Below, one piece after another: positions 35,133 to 45,811 of a DNA stretch of 64,000 bases. The position numbers were made by a program, and so were the translations under genes. The stretch lies in NCBI GenBank assembly GCA_025558095.1, contig JAIVFI010000022.1, positions 620,001 through 684,000 on the forward strand. The letters are read 5' to 3'. The notes beneath the pieces were generated by a model. It was not told the DNA's origin. It saw only the letters and a list, made by a program, of their open reading frames with translations, and searched no databases. The DNA comes from Hyaloraphidium curvatum SAG 235-1 (Eukaryota > Fungi > Monoblepharomycota). Each line of letters begins with the position of its first letter. Within the stretch, counting starts at the first letter, position 1.

Positions 35133-35420
35133 GCGGGACGGATTCGGAAGCTCGGAGGGCGCGGCAGGTGCGCACGATCGCGGGCGCGGACGTGCGCACG
35201 GGGACCGGCATCTTGACGACTTGACTTCTTTGATGGCGCATGGCGCCTCGGATTTGCTAGAAGAACGAAGCCGAGAGAGATCGGTAGATGCGAGGGGCTG
35301 TAGATGCGCGGGAAGTGGGCAAGCAGACGTGTAGCGGCGATCTTGGGCGTCTTTCAGATAGATCGGAGCGGGTAACGTACAACTCCACACAGGTTACCAT
35401 CCAACGACTGTACAAGCACC

Positions 35421-37733
35421 TCATTCGTCTTCGTCGCCCTCACCGCTCTCCACGGGGTCGACGGGCTTCGCGGGCTTCGGCCGCGGCTTCCGCATCGGGC
35501 CCCCTACTGGTCCCACACCAAACAGATCCGGATATGCGCCGTTCGTCGAGCCGTTCTCGCCGTCGTCCTCGCCACCCTCGCCGTCGCCGCCCTCGCCGTC
35601 GCCGCCCTCGCCGTCGCCGCCCTCGTCGTCCCCACCCTGGCCTCCTTCCCCGACTCCGTCTTCGGAGTCGGCTCCGTCCATCGTCACCGTTTTGCCCATC
35701 TTGGTCACGTCCTGGTTGATGCCGTTGGCCTTGAAGAACTTGTTGGCCTCCGCGATCGCCCTGGCGGCCCTAGGATCGGCGGCCATGAGGGGCAGATCGG
35801 ACCCGGGCCCGTCCTCGAACCCCTTGTTCCCCTTGGGGTTCAGATCGAGCGATTCGGCGACCTGGTCGAGGTCCTCGTCGCCCTGCGTACGCGTCGCCAC
35901 GTTCTCGACCCCGACGTCGTACGTCTTGGCCGCCAGCTGGGGGCGCACGCCGAGGGACCCGACGGCCTTGTTGTCGTCGTTCATGGCCTTCACCCCCAAC
36001 GCAATGAGCTCGGCGAGGTCGACACCGGCGCTCGCGAAGAAGGGGTGGGCCAGGACCTCGCCCGCGTCCTGCAGCCTGGATACAGTTCAGCGCAAGGCTC
36101 GCGAGTCCGTGGCCATCGCGGGACAGACCTGGTCCTGGGGTTCTTGTCCAGCAGCTTCCCGATCAGGTCCTTCAGGAGCGGCCGGACCGCGGCGTCGGTC
36201 ACGCTGGTGTCCAGCGCGCTGAGGTCGATGTCCGCGGTCAAGTCTACTTTGAGCTGCATGATGCCGGAGATGGGGTACGGTCCGATTGACCGGGCGGTGC
36301 CCATGCCCGTGTAGAGGCTGTCAGGCGCCAAAGTCGCCGGTTCCGTCGAGGTGCGGGGGACAGGCGTCAGTCAGCGCGTGGGCGGCCACACCGCTAATCC
36401 ACCCACTCCCAGAGCGTCATTCCCATCGCCCAATAGTCCATAGGCTTGCTGTAGCCATTTGCCTTGAGCGCCCCAAGCTGCGCATCGATCCCCTTGAGCG
36501 CCTTTTTGATCATTGGCTTGGCCTCGGCCTCCATCTGGTCGTAGTCGGCGTTTTTGAAGTTATAGCTCTTGCACTTGCGTTGTTCCGTGATCCCCTTGTT
36601 TCTGCAGAAGTTGAAAACGATCACACTTGCAATCATGTCCACCACGTTCCTGCGGAGATCGTTGATCTCCATCTGGGGCAGCACCTTGAGTCAGCGGCCC
36701 GCCGGCGATCTCGGAGCGCGGAGCCACCCACAAACAACAACGATTCGGGGGACCTGTAAAGCAGATTACCGAAGACATTGGTGGGCCTTTTGCCCGCCTT
36801 GTTCTTGGACGGCATGGCAACGACCCCTTGCAACCTCCCTTTGGCTTTGGCCGAGTCAATCCGGTTCAGCGTATCCCGGTAGATCTTCTCCTTCGAGTTC
36901 TGGATTGCGGTGCCAAAGTCAGCCAGGCGAAGGACTTTGTCCTCCCCTATGAGGAACTGGCCCGGCTTGAGGTCCCGGTGGAGGTAGCCCTTGCGGTGCA
37001 GGTGCGGGGTCAGCGCCCGCGCTCCGTTGGGTCGGAGCGAGCCCACCTTCCAGTGCATCACCGCGACCCCGAGGAACATCTGCGCCAGCATCTTCCGGGT
37101 CTCCTTCGCCGTGTCGAGCGGGCCCTTCTTCGCGCGGTCCTCCAGAGTCCCGGTTGCCTTGGCCAGAAAGATGGCGACGTTGAAATCCACTGTCCCGTCG
37201 GCATTTGCCGTCTGGCTCGAAGTGCCACCGAGGAAGCGGACGATGAAGGGGTTCCCGTTGAGCTTCTTGTTGACGGCGAGCTCGTTCTGCGAATCCTCGA
37301 ACCGATCGCTGGCAGCCTTGAAGTCATCGCTGCGCCGCGCGACGTGGGGCCAGATAAACTCCTTGATCACAACCTCGACGTCCTTGGCCTTTCCGCCCAT
37401 GGGCACGGCGAGATGGACGGGGTTCCTCCCGTCGGAGCCAGTCGAAAGTATTCTCTTCTTGTCCCATTTCGACACGTCGACGAGGTCTGCCGGCCGTCAG
37501 CGCCCGCCCGCGCACGGCGCGGGCTGGGGCAGCTCACCGCTCCGCAGCACGTTGATCTTGTTCTTGGGCAGCACCCTGACCTTCTTGAGCGCGGCTTCGA
37601 CGCTGCCTTTCGGGCCGGTGTTCTTGTTCCCGTTCCTCTTCCGCGTCGCGCCCGCGGGCGCCGCGGCGAGCAGGAGCAGCAGGATGACCGCCGCGGCGAG
37701 GGCGGCGCGCCCGAGGGCGCCGATGCGGGTCAT
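35421..37733 (-). CDS. Atypical protein kinase with N-terminal signal peptide (multi-exon)
   Basis: MTRIGALGRAALAAAVILLLLLAAAPAGA, then VVIK, NE, HRDLKPGQ, ADFG, YRSPE, DYWAMG, DLIGKLLDKNPRTR, HPFF and an acidic Gly-rich tail. Confidence 0.8.
35574..35626. repeat. 15-bp coding minisatellite encoding (GDGEG)n in the kinase tail
   Basis: CCCTCGCCGTCGCCG repeated about 3.5 times. Confidence 0.8.
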
Positions 37734-38216
37734 TGCCGCGCGATTCGCGTGCGATGGCCGATGGCCGGCGCGGCGCGTCCACGGGTCCTGCGCTAGAATT
37801 TTAGAGCGGGCACAGGGTCATCGGCCATCCCAAACGCAAACGGCAATCGGGCCGTCAAATCCACTCTGCCATCGCAGTCTGGCGATTCAGAGCTCCGGAT
37901 TGGGTTAGGGGGTGCGGTCACATGTGCGGCGACGCGGAGCCGACCACGCCGCTGCCTCGATCGTCAACCCCCCACTCCCCGAAGATTGCTGGCCATCAAC
38001 GTCGTGCAGAAAAGGAAACTATGAGTACTTCGAATTGCGAACTTCCTCAAACAAGCCAGAAATCTCCATCCATCCACCGAAACTATCGTAATTTACAAAC
38101 TTCACTTCGCACTTCACTTGTCCATTCACCAAACTTGAAAGCTACGTTGGCCGCAGCCCGATCCTAGTGCACCAGATGTCAGCGCCCGCAAACGTCCGCA
38201 GTGGATGCGCACCGAC

Positions 38217-39232
38217 CTAGAAGAACGTCGCGGCGAAGAAAACGACCGCGGCCGCCGCGGCGCACGACGCCCTGTTGGCGGCCCCCGCCCCAAGGTTCTC
38301 CCTCAGGCACTGCTGAAGGCCGCCACCGTTGTATCCGGAGTCGCAGCGGCAGTTGCCCGTCGCCGTGTTGCAGGTGCCGTGGCCGTTGCAGGTCACCCCG
38401 GTGCACAGGTTGGTGGTGGAGCTCTGGGAAAGGCACTCTTGAGCGCCACCGCCGTTGTACCCGGAGTCGCAGTTGCAGTTGCCGGTAGCCGAGTTGCAGG
38501 TGCCATGGCCGTTGCAGGTAACACCGGCGCACAGGTTGTTGTTGTTGGTGCTGGGCCCCCCCTCGTACAGGCACTCCTGGGCGCCACCGCCGTTGTATCC
38601 AGCGTCGCAGCTGCAGCCACCTCCGATGCAGGTGCCGTGGCCGCTGCAGGTTACCCCGGCGCACGCGTTGTTGACGGGCGGGGGCGAGCTGCCCTGCCTG
38701 CACCCGGTGGGCGTGCACGTGTATCCCGCATTGCAGTACTCTCCCGAGCTGCCTGTAAATGCCCGGGAAGGGTTCAGCAGATGCGGTGGTGCGTCCGGAA
38801 AAGGCTTCAGGACCCACCGCAGCAGACCCCGTTCGTCGGCATGCACCCGTCCGCGCCGCACGTCTTGGGCGTAGCGTTGGGGCAGCATCCCCCCGACACG
38901 CAAGTGGTCCCGCTTTGGCAGCACTTTACCGAGTCGCAGGGGTAGTACCCGGTGGAGCAGACCCCGGCGCGCTCCGCGTGCCCGGGACTAGATGCGGCAA
39001 AAGGGAGGATCTTGTCCGTGGCAGAGAGGTCGGCGTCGCCGTCGGCGCGGCCGAAGAGGCGGCGTTCGAGGGCGATAGCACGGGTGGCGTTGATAACGTG
39101 GGTTTGGCTGAAAGGGATCTCGACGGGCAGATCGCGGGTGACGAGGGTGTCGGCAGACACGGGCGCGAGCAGGGCGGCGAGCACGGCGAGGGCGAGGAAG
39201 GCGACAATCTGCGAAGTGGCGGCGGAGAGCAT
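38217..39232 (-). CDS. Secreted, GPI-like Cys-rich protein with three EGF-like repeats
   Basis: Signal peptide MLSAATSQIVAFLALAVLAALLAPVSA, CC-rich module, 3x CxGVTCxGHGTC...CxCDxGYNGGGxQxC, hydrophobic C-terminus; one intron. Confidence 0.82.
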
Positions 39233-39407
39233 GGTGTCGGCCTGGTGCTGCTGTGCAGGCGGGACGAGCGGACCCGGAAGCGGGGGAGGAGCGCGGGGCG
39301 TCAGAACATAGATCCGCGCGCGGGACACCGTCGACGCACTCACGTGGACGCAAAGGCAGATGGCGTTGCGGAGGAGTTCTTGCTATCGGCCCTGACGAAC
39401 CGGTGCC

Positions 39408-39516
39408 TGACTGACTGACTTTCCGGGATTGACTGACTTTCGCGAGTGACGGCCGTCCCGTGACTGACTGACTTTTCCGTGATTGACTGATTTTTCGTGA
39501 CTGACTGATTTCCTGG
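39408..39516. repeat. Non-coding array of TGACTGACTGAYTTT(T)CCG-like units
   Basis: About five imperfect 16-19 bp copies, AT-rich relative to flanks, about 180-280 bp upstream of the EGF-repeat gene. Confidence 0.75.
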
Positions 39517-40231
39517 ACGTCCCTTGTCGCGATCAATGGGCCGTAATGCGCGGGATGGGATGCCAAAGTGTGCTGCGCGAAGGGGAAGGTGGCCGCCGCG
39601 GTCGGGCCAATTCGGCGGACCGTCATCACCTTGCACGTGACAACGACAGCCGCCGATCGGTCGATTATCGGAGCGCTGTGGGTGAGCTGCGCGTTCCGCG
39701 ATCGGATGGCATGCCTCCCGGGCGCGGGCTGGGCGCCGTAGAGCGTGTGGGCGGCGGGAAGCGGCAGAACCTGGGCCGCTCGCGAGGTCGGCCGTCTTTG
39801 CGTGCTCGGCGGCCGCACCAGAGTAGTGGCCGGGAGAATCAAGATAGGGAGTTTTTCATTCTCGGGCTATCTGGATACAAGGAGCTTCTGACGCAGATAC
39901 GGAAAGCACAAGCAGCCTTGATCAGAGACATCGAGAGGAATACGTTTGAGCCGAGAGGCAACGTCGCGCCGCTGCGACCGGGTCCCCGGATCCGGTGTGC
40001 CGCGAGGGCTACCGCTCGCCCCCTGGCTAAAGTCCGACGGCGACGTTGGACGATGTGTTTGCTGTACTGAATGTTCGGCTCAATGGGATGCGTGGGAAGA
40101 TCGTGAAATGCGTGACGCCTCGGTCCCACCAAGAAACGCGTCGCGGACCTGCAACGAAACGGACCTCCGCCCTCCCGCCGACCACGACCAGTAGCCACCT
40201 TCGCAATCCGAACTTATGCGTTCCGCCGATC

Positions 40232-41407
40232 ATGTCGTGGAGCGGCTTCGACGAGGCGGGCTTCGTGGCCGAGGTCGAGCGCCAGCTCAGCGCGGTGTGC
40301 GCGGCGGCGGACGAGCTCAAGGCCATAGCCCGCTCCGGACCCAAGCTGCCGTTCCCGTGACTCCCGGAAGAGGACGCCTATCGGCCATGCGACACCTTGT
40401 ACACGTGTACGGCGGAAGCCGGTCTCCTGCTCCGCATTCTGGTGGTCGACATGGCCCCGTCGGCAATACAGCTGCCGGAAGGGAACACAACGGACCGATC
40501 GTTGATTTCCCGCTTCTTTCGAGGGAGCTCCAAGTCGCCCAGGGGGCAGCCGCCGCCTGACGTTGCCCAACGGGTGTTCGGGCGCCTGTTTCAGAGCGTG
40601 GTATCCCTCGCCCGCCGTTGCATGGAAAACTACCTGAGTTCGGAGCTGCGATACGCGTGGAGATTCCCTACGGTGGAAGATCTGGCCAACAGGGGGAAGT
40701 GGCCCGACCTGGCGCAGAGATTCGACGTCTGGCGCTTCCAGACCCTGACGTGGTCGCCGTTGGTCGCCGCCCAGTCGTCGATGGGGACGATCTTACAATC
40801 GAAGAACCTTCGTCATCGGCTTGCCGAGGACACGGACTTGGCCCGCTGCTGCGCCTCCAACAGGTCATTGATCGGGCTGCTGGTCATTGATCGGTGGGAG
40901 GAGAACGCACACAAGGAGGATCTCGAACGCGCCCTTCAGGAAACACCGAGCACCATTGACATGATGCTGAACCTGATTCTGGAGCGCCGGAGCTTTTGGA
41001 CCCGCTGGTGCGCGGCTCCGACCAGTGCCGACGGCGGCCAATCGGCTGTTATTTTGGCGGTGGACACGGCCATTTTAGTGCTCAGCATGATCCCGAAAAC
41101 GCGAATCAAGGAGGTGGAGGTTCCTTTCGGCGACCTGGGGCGTGCGGTGGCTTCCCTCGTGTAGGTGGTCAGGCCTGGGACGCTCAAGGCGGACCTGGAC
41201 AGCATCATCGAATGCCACAGCAGCAAGACGACCATCACGGAGCCCGTCCATTGCTGCAATCGCTGCGGGAAGCCGCGGGGGGAGGTCAAGCTCGGCCGCT
41301 GCGCGTGCTGCGGGATCGTGAGGTACTGCGGGGCCGAGTGCCAGCGCGGGGCGTGGAAGGAGCACAAGAAGCACTGCATCCCGCGGAGCTCGGCTTCTGG
41401 AAAGTGA
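40232..41407 (+). pseudogene. MYND zinc-finger protein interrupted by two in-frame stops
   Basis: One frame from ATG 40232 to TGA 41407 with TGA at 40358-40360 and TAG at 41162-41164. Terminal CNRC...RCACCGIVRYCGAECQRGAWKEHKKHC. Confidence 0.7.
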
Positions 41408-41536
41408 TCGCGTGGTGGAGCTTTACCGATCCGACGTACCTGAGGCACCCCGTTGTTGCGCCGGGGCAGCCAGAACTGGATTTTCGATCCGCCGAGACCC
41501 GGAACCGCTCCGCAACCCACCGTCTGCGGACCCGCG

Positions 41537-42385
41537 ATGCTCGCTGCGGCGGTCGCCGCCGGCCGCCGGAACCCGGGCGTGGCGTCCCTCGTCGTCGCGG
41601 CGCTCGCCTTCCTCCTCCTGCTCTCCCTGCCCACCGAGTGCCGCCCCGCCGCGGGCCTCCGGGGCCAGGCCGAGCCGGGCGCGCACATCGCCGCGGGCTT
41701 CCAGAATGTCTACAGGAACGCGCTGTGGGGCCCCGTGGACCAGGAGGAGACGGGCCGCGGCTCGGGCGCGGGCTCCTCGTCCGCCTTCACCGTGGCGGTG
41801 CGCGCGTACATCGAGGAGCTCGTCCGCAGGAAGCGGATCCGGACCATCGCCGACGTGCCGTGCGGCTCGGCAAACTGGTGGCCGCCGCTGCTTGCCGCGC
41901 TGCGGGCGCGGAACCCGTGCCTGGCCTATTCGGGGTTCGACGTCGTCGACACGGTCATCGAGGACAACCGGAAGCGGTACGGGCCGGACCCGCTCACCCG
42001 CTTCGAGGTCGCGGACGTGTCGACGGCCCCGCTCCCGCGGGCGGACCTCGTGGTGACCCGCGACGCGCTGCAGCACCTCCCGCTGGCCGACGCCGTCGCG
42101 ACCCTCCAGAACATCGCGGAATCCCGCCCGAAGTTCCTGCTCGTCGGCTCGTACGCCAACATGACCGATGGGAACAAGGTCGTCGCCGCGGGGGGATACT
42201 ACAACATCGAGCTGCTCAGGCCCCCGTTCAGCATGCCGCCGCCGGCCGAGACGGTGCAGGAGTGCTGCGACGAGAAGGGGAGCTTCCCGACCAAGCAGAT
42301 GTACCTGTACACGGGGAAGCAGCTGGCGGGGATCGACTGGGCAGCGATGAAGCGGAGGGCGGCCGCGTTCGGGCCGCGCGGGTAG
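41537..42385 (+). CDS. Intronless class I SAM-dependent methyltransferase with N-terminal signal or anchor
   Basis: Hydrophobic N-terminus; FQNVYRNALWG...GSGAGSS, motif I IADVPCGSANW, YSGFDVV, ADLVVTRDALQHL. Confidence 0.8.
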   Translation: MLAAAVAAGRRNPGVASLVVAALAFLLLLSLPTECRPAAGLRGQAEPGAHIAAGFQNVYRNALWGPVDQEETGRGSGAGSSSAFTVAVRAYIEELVRRKRIRTIADVPCGSANWWPPLLAALRARNPCLAYSGFDVVDTVIEDNRKRYGPDPLTRFEVADVSTAPLPRADLVVTRDALQHLPLADAVATLQNIAESRPKFLLVGSYANMTDGNKVVAAGGYYNIELLRPPFSMPPPAETVQECCDEKGSFPTKQMYLYTGKQLAGIDWAAMKRRAAAFGPRG

Positions 42386-43336
42386 GCCGGGAGGCGGGCC
42401 AAGTGGAATGATGTGAGCTTTGGCAGTGCGGGAATACCCAGAGCGCGGCCCACGTTTTTCTTGAATGGTATTCGCGGCAGGAGGACAGGACAGGTGGGAA
42501 TGGCCTTGAACTAGTCAGAGCGTGGGCGATCTGCCGGGGAACGGATTTGCGTGAGGCAGGAACCGGAGGATCTTCTTTGGTTCCGCCGTTGTCCAGCACA
42601 CGACAGCCCTCGGCGCACCTGGCGGACCAGTGGGGCGGGATGAATATGTGGGTCTGCACCAGGCCGGGACAGGACGGAACGGAGCGGGAGGCCGTGGTGC
42701 TGATCCGCGCCGCGGGTCCGTCCGAAAATGAGGGAACCTGAATACTTCCGCAGCGGCCCATGGCGTAAGGGCACGCAGAATGGAGCTGGAGAAAAGGATG
42801 CGGATCGGTCCGTCGCGGCTTCTGCCTCCGAGCGGGACGGGGAGGCAGGAGCAAGTCCACTCTTGCGTCCCATGCCACCGGCTCTAATAGGCCGGCGGAA
42901 CTCAATATGGTGCCGCTGTCGATCCTTGAGGCCAGCGGGGTGCGCAATGCCGGTGAACGACGACGGCAGAGTGAAGCACGTGAAGGACGTGCGGTGCGGG
43001 GTGCCCAAGACCCGAGTTCAGTGAAACGAGGAACGCCCTGCCATTTCGTACCGAGTCTGCTGGCATCGGAGAGCCTGAGATCTGTGCGGATCTCCACGTT
43101 CCGCGGTCCTGGGGCCGGAGATCGGCTGCGGCGGGGGACGGGGGATGACCCATGGATCCAAGTTTCCGAATCCGGGCCCCAAAATCCCGGAATCCATCCC
43201 TCTGCCCTCGCATCCACCCGGCCGCGTTGTTTTCGCACAAAGATCCGGGGAATTGTTTGTGCCCGGGCCCGTGGTCCGATCGGTCGATTGGTTTGCGCGG
43301 GCGCGCGGGCCGGCTCCCGCCACCTCTTTTCCCCCC

Positions 43337-44272
43337 ATGCTGGCGTCCACCCGCCCCGCCACGCCCGCCGGCACCCGCGCAGAGAACGATCCGCTGGCGA
43401 CGCCCGCCCTTGCCCGCGTGCTCTCGGCGCTGTCCTCGCTCAAGGCGCAGATCCGCCGTGCCGACGAGGACATTGCCGACCTCCGCGACCGCCGCGCCCG
43501 CATGGCCAGCTTCGTCCGCGGCGCCGAGGCGCGCCTCGACTCCGTCGCGTCGACCGCCGAGCTCGACGAGCTGCTCAAGGCCGCCAAGGAGGCCGTCGAC
43601 ACGGGCGGCCGGTCCGCCGCCGTCCCCCCCGCCGCCGCGCCCGCCGACCCCGACGCGCACCCGACCACGCCGCCGCGCTCCGCTGAGAGCCCCGGCCCCA
43701 GCCCCGCCTCGCCGCTGCCCGAGCACCCGCCGGCGCCGCTGGCCCGCGTGCCCAGGCCGATGAAGGACCACCGCGAGGGCTGCGCCGCATGCGGCGTCAC
43801 GCGCAGCCCGGAGTGGAGGTCGATCGTCGAGGAGGACGGCAGCAAGAAGGTCTACTGCAACGCGTGCGGGCTGCGCATCTCGCGGCGGAAGCGGGCGAGC
43901 ATGAACCCCGAGGAGAAGGCCGAGAAGAAGAAGCGCAAGAAGGGCGAGGCGTCCGGGGGAAAGGCCGCGGGGGGCCAGGTGCCCGTGGTGCACGTGCGCC
44001 TCGAGGGCTCGCAGGAGGCGGGGTACTACGGCAACGGCGGGGGATACTACGACAACGGGCAGTACGCAGAGTATCCGGCCGGGCACGAGTACGCGCAGGG
44101 CGAGTACCAGGGCACCCCGGGCGAGTACCACGGGGACTACGCGCAGGGCGAGTACGCGCAGGGGGAGCACGACGGCACGCCGCAGGCGCTCGACAGGCTC
44201 GCCGAGGCCGCGCTGGAGGAGGAGGAGGAGACGGTGAGCGTCGAGGGCGGGTACGCGCACATCGGGGCGTGA
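43337..44272 (+). CDS. GATA zinc-finger protein (C-X2-C-X21-C-X2-C), paralog of 34155-35132
   Basis: CAACGVTRSPEWRSIVEEDGSKKVYCNACGLR, NLS-like KKKRKK, shared N-terminal coiled coil, YAQGEY repeats. Confidence 0.8.
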   Translation: MLASTRPATPAGTRAENDPLATPALARVLSALSSLKAQIRRADEDIADLRDRRARMASFVRGAEARLDSVASTAELDELLKAAKEAVDTGGRSAAVPPAAAPADPDAHPTTPPRSAESPGPSPASPLPEHPPAPLARVPRPMKDHREGCAACGVTRSPEWRSIVEEDGSKKVYCNACGLRISRRKRASMNPEEKAEKKKRKKGEASGGKAAGGQVPVVHVRLEGSQEAGYYGNGGGYYDNGQYAEYPAGHEYAQGEYQGTPGEYHGDYAQGEYAQGEHDGTPQALDRLAEAALEEEEETVSVEGGYAHIGA

Positions 44273-44829
44273 GACCGCCGCGGGCGACGCCGGTGCGGAC
44301 GGATCTGCCGCGCAAAGCGCAGGATCTGGCCGCCTTGGACCCCGGCCGCCCTCGGCACACCTCTCCGGGAACTCTCCCCCTCCTTTCCCTCCCTCCTTCG
44401 CTTTCGACCCCTCTTCCCTCCTTCGGACGCTTCCCAACCTCATCTTTGGACCCTCCCACCTCCCCCCCACCCCCCCTTTCCTCCCCACACCCATCTATCG
44501 GACATTGTGACATTGCGCTCCACCGGCACCCCTCTCCCGCTTTTTTTCGGACCGCGAACCCCGAATCCGCAAGGACTTGGAGCGATGGATTGGCAGAAAC
44601 GGCACGGACGGACGATCGGCATCGATTTGTAGGGTAATGAATCCGGATTGTTGGTTTCCCGCAGGAGTTGCCCCCGTCGCTCTCCGCCGGTTACGTCCGG
44701 CGGGACTCTGACGGCATCCCCAAGTCTGCTGCCGTGGCATCTGCTCATCTGCTCCCGATCTTGCCTGGCCGCGCCCTTCTTCCCCTTTCTCGGCCGATCG
44801 CCGCAACAACGCCTGTGGCTGTGCAAAGA

Positions 44830-45430
44830 CTCCGAGTGCCCGTCCGCGGTCCACGATGCCCCCCGCGCCCACGCCAGACCCTTCCTCGCCGGCGTCGTCG
44901 CCACGCACCCGCCCGCCGTGCTCCGCAGCTTCTTCGGCGCGGGGCTCGAGGCGCGGTCCGCAATCCCGGGGTACCGCGCGCTCCCTTAAGAAGAATGGCC
45001 CGACGCGTTCCTGCCCTCCGTGCTCGAAGGCAAGGACGACACCGCGGTGCTCGACGTCGGGTGCCGCAAAGGGCAGCCTGCTGCGGCGGCTCGTCGCCCC
45101 GCTGCTGGCCGGGAAGGAGGCGCGGCTCGTCGGCGTCAATCCGTCGGGGGGGCTGGTCCCCATGGCGGGGGAGCTGGCGGCCGCCGAGGGGCTGGCGATG
45201 GAGTTCAAGGCGGGTACGGCGGAAGATGCGGGTGTGCACGACGCGGATGCGGTCCTGTGCGTGACCGTCACCTTGGTGCGTTGGACGGCCGTTGAGATCA
45301 GGCGGGGGAGCCGGGACTGACCTTGCTCCCGCTGCGGGACAGCACGTTGCAGATCCGGCGGCTCTGGTCGAATCGCTGTTCCGCTGTGTCAAGCCCGGCG
45401 GCGTCGTCGCGCTGTTTGACCAGTCCGTTC
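44830..45430 (+). pseudogene. Degenerate class I SAM methyltransferase
   Basis: VLDVGCRKG, LVGVNPS, HVADPAALVESLFRCVKPGGVVALFD are present, with an in-frame TAA at 44987-44989 and a frameshift near 45072. Confidence 0.6.
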
Positions 45431-45811
45431 CCGCCCCGACCGACCCTCCCTCCTCCACTCCTGACCAAGCCTCCCGCACGCTCCACGCAGGGACTTCACC
45501 ACCCTCACGGTCCACCTCGCCCCATCCCTCCTCCCGGCCTTTTCCGCCGTCCACGGCGCAAACTGGCGCCTCCGCCTGACCACCGGCGACGCCGGTCGGC
45601 GGCTTTTCCCCCTCCTCGCATCGTCCACTTTTGCTGTTCCCGGGTCGGCACAAGCGACCTCGAACTCAAACTGGTATCCGGGCGTGTGCCCGTCCTTTCG
45701 GGGGGCGGCGGCCGATGCGCGGACCGCGAGAAGCAAGGCCCCTTCCGGATCGAGAGGAAGCAAGATGTGATTCACTGGTACCGTCGGATCGAGTGCCAAC
45801 ATCAACAGCAT

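Noticed and set aside
39408-39516. Possible CRISPR-like array
   Set aside because: Units are short and imperfect, with no unique spacers of regular length, no cas genes and a eukaryotic context.
39700-39950. Possible upstream exon of the MYND gene (REFFILGLSGYKELLTQIRKAQ)
   Set aside because: Looks coding-like, but I could not establish a start or a splice path to 40232.
44370-44490. Long C/T-rich tract downstream of the GATA gene
   Set aside because: Low-complexity intergenic sequence with no repeat unit or structure I can support.
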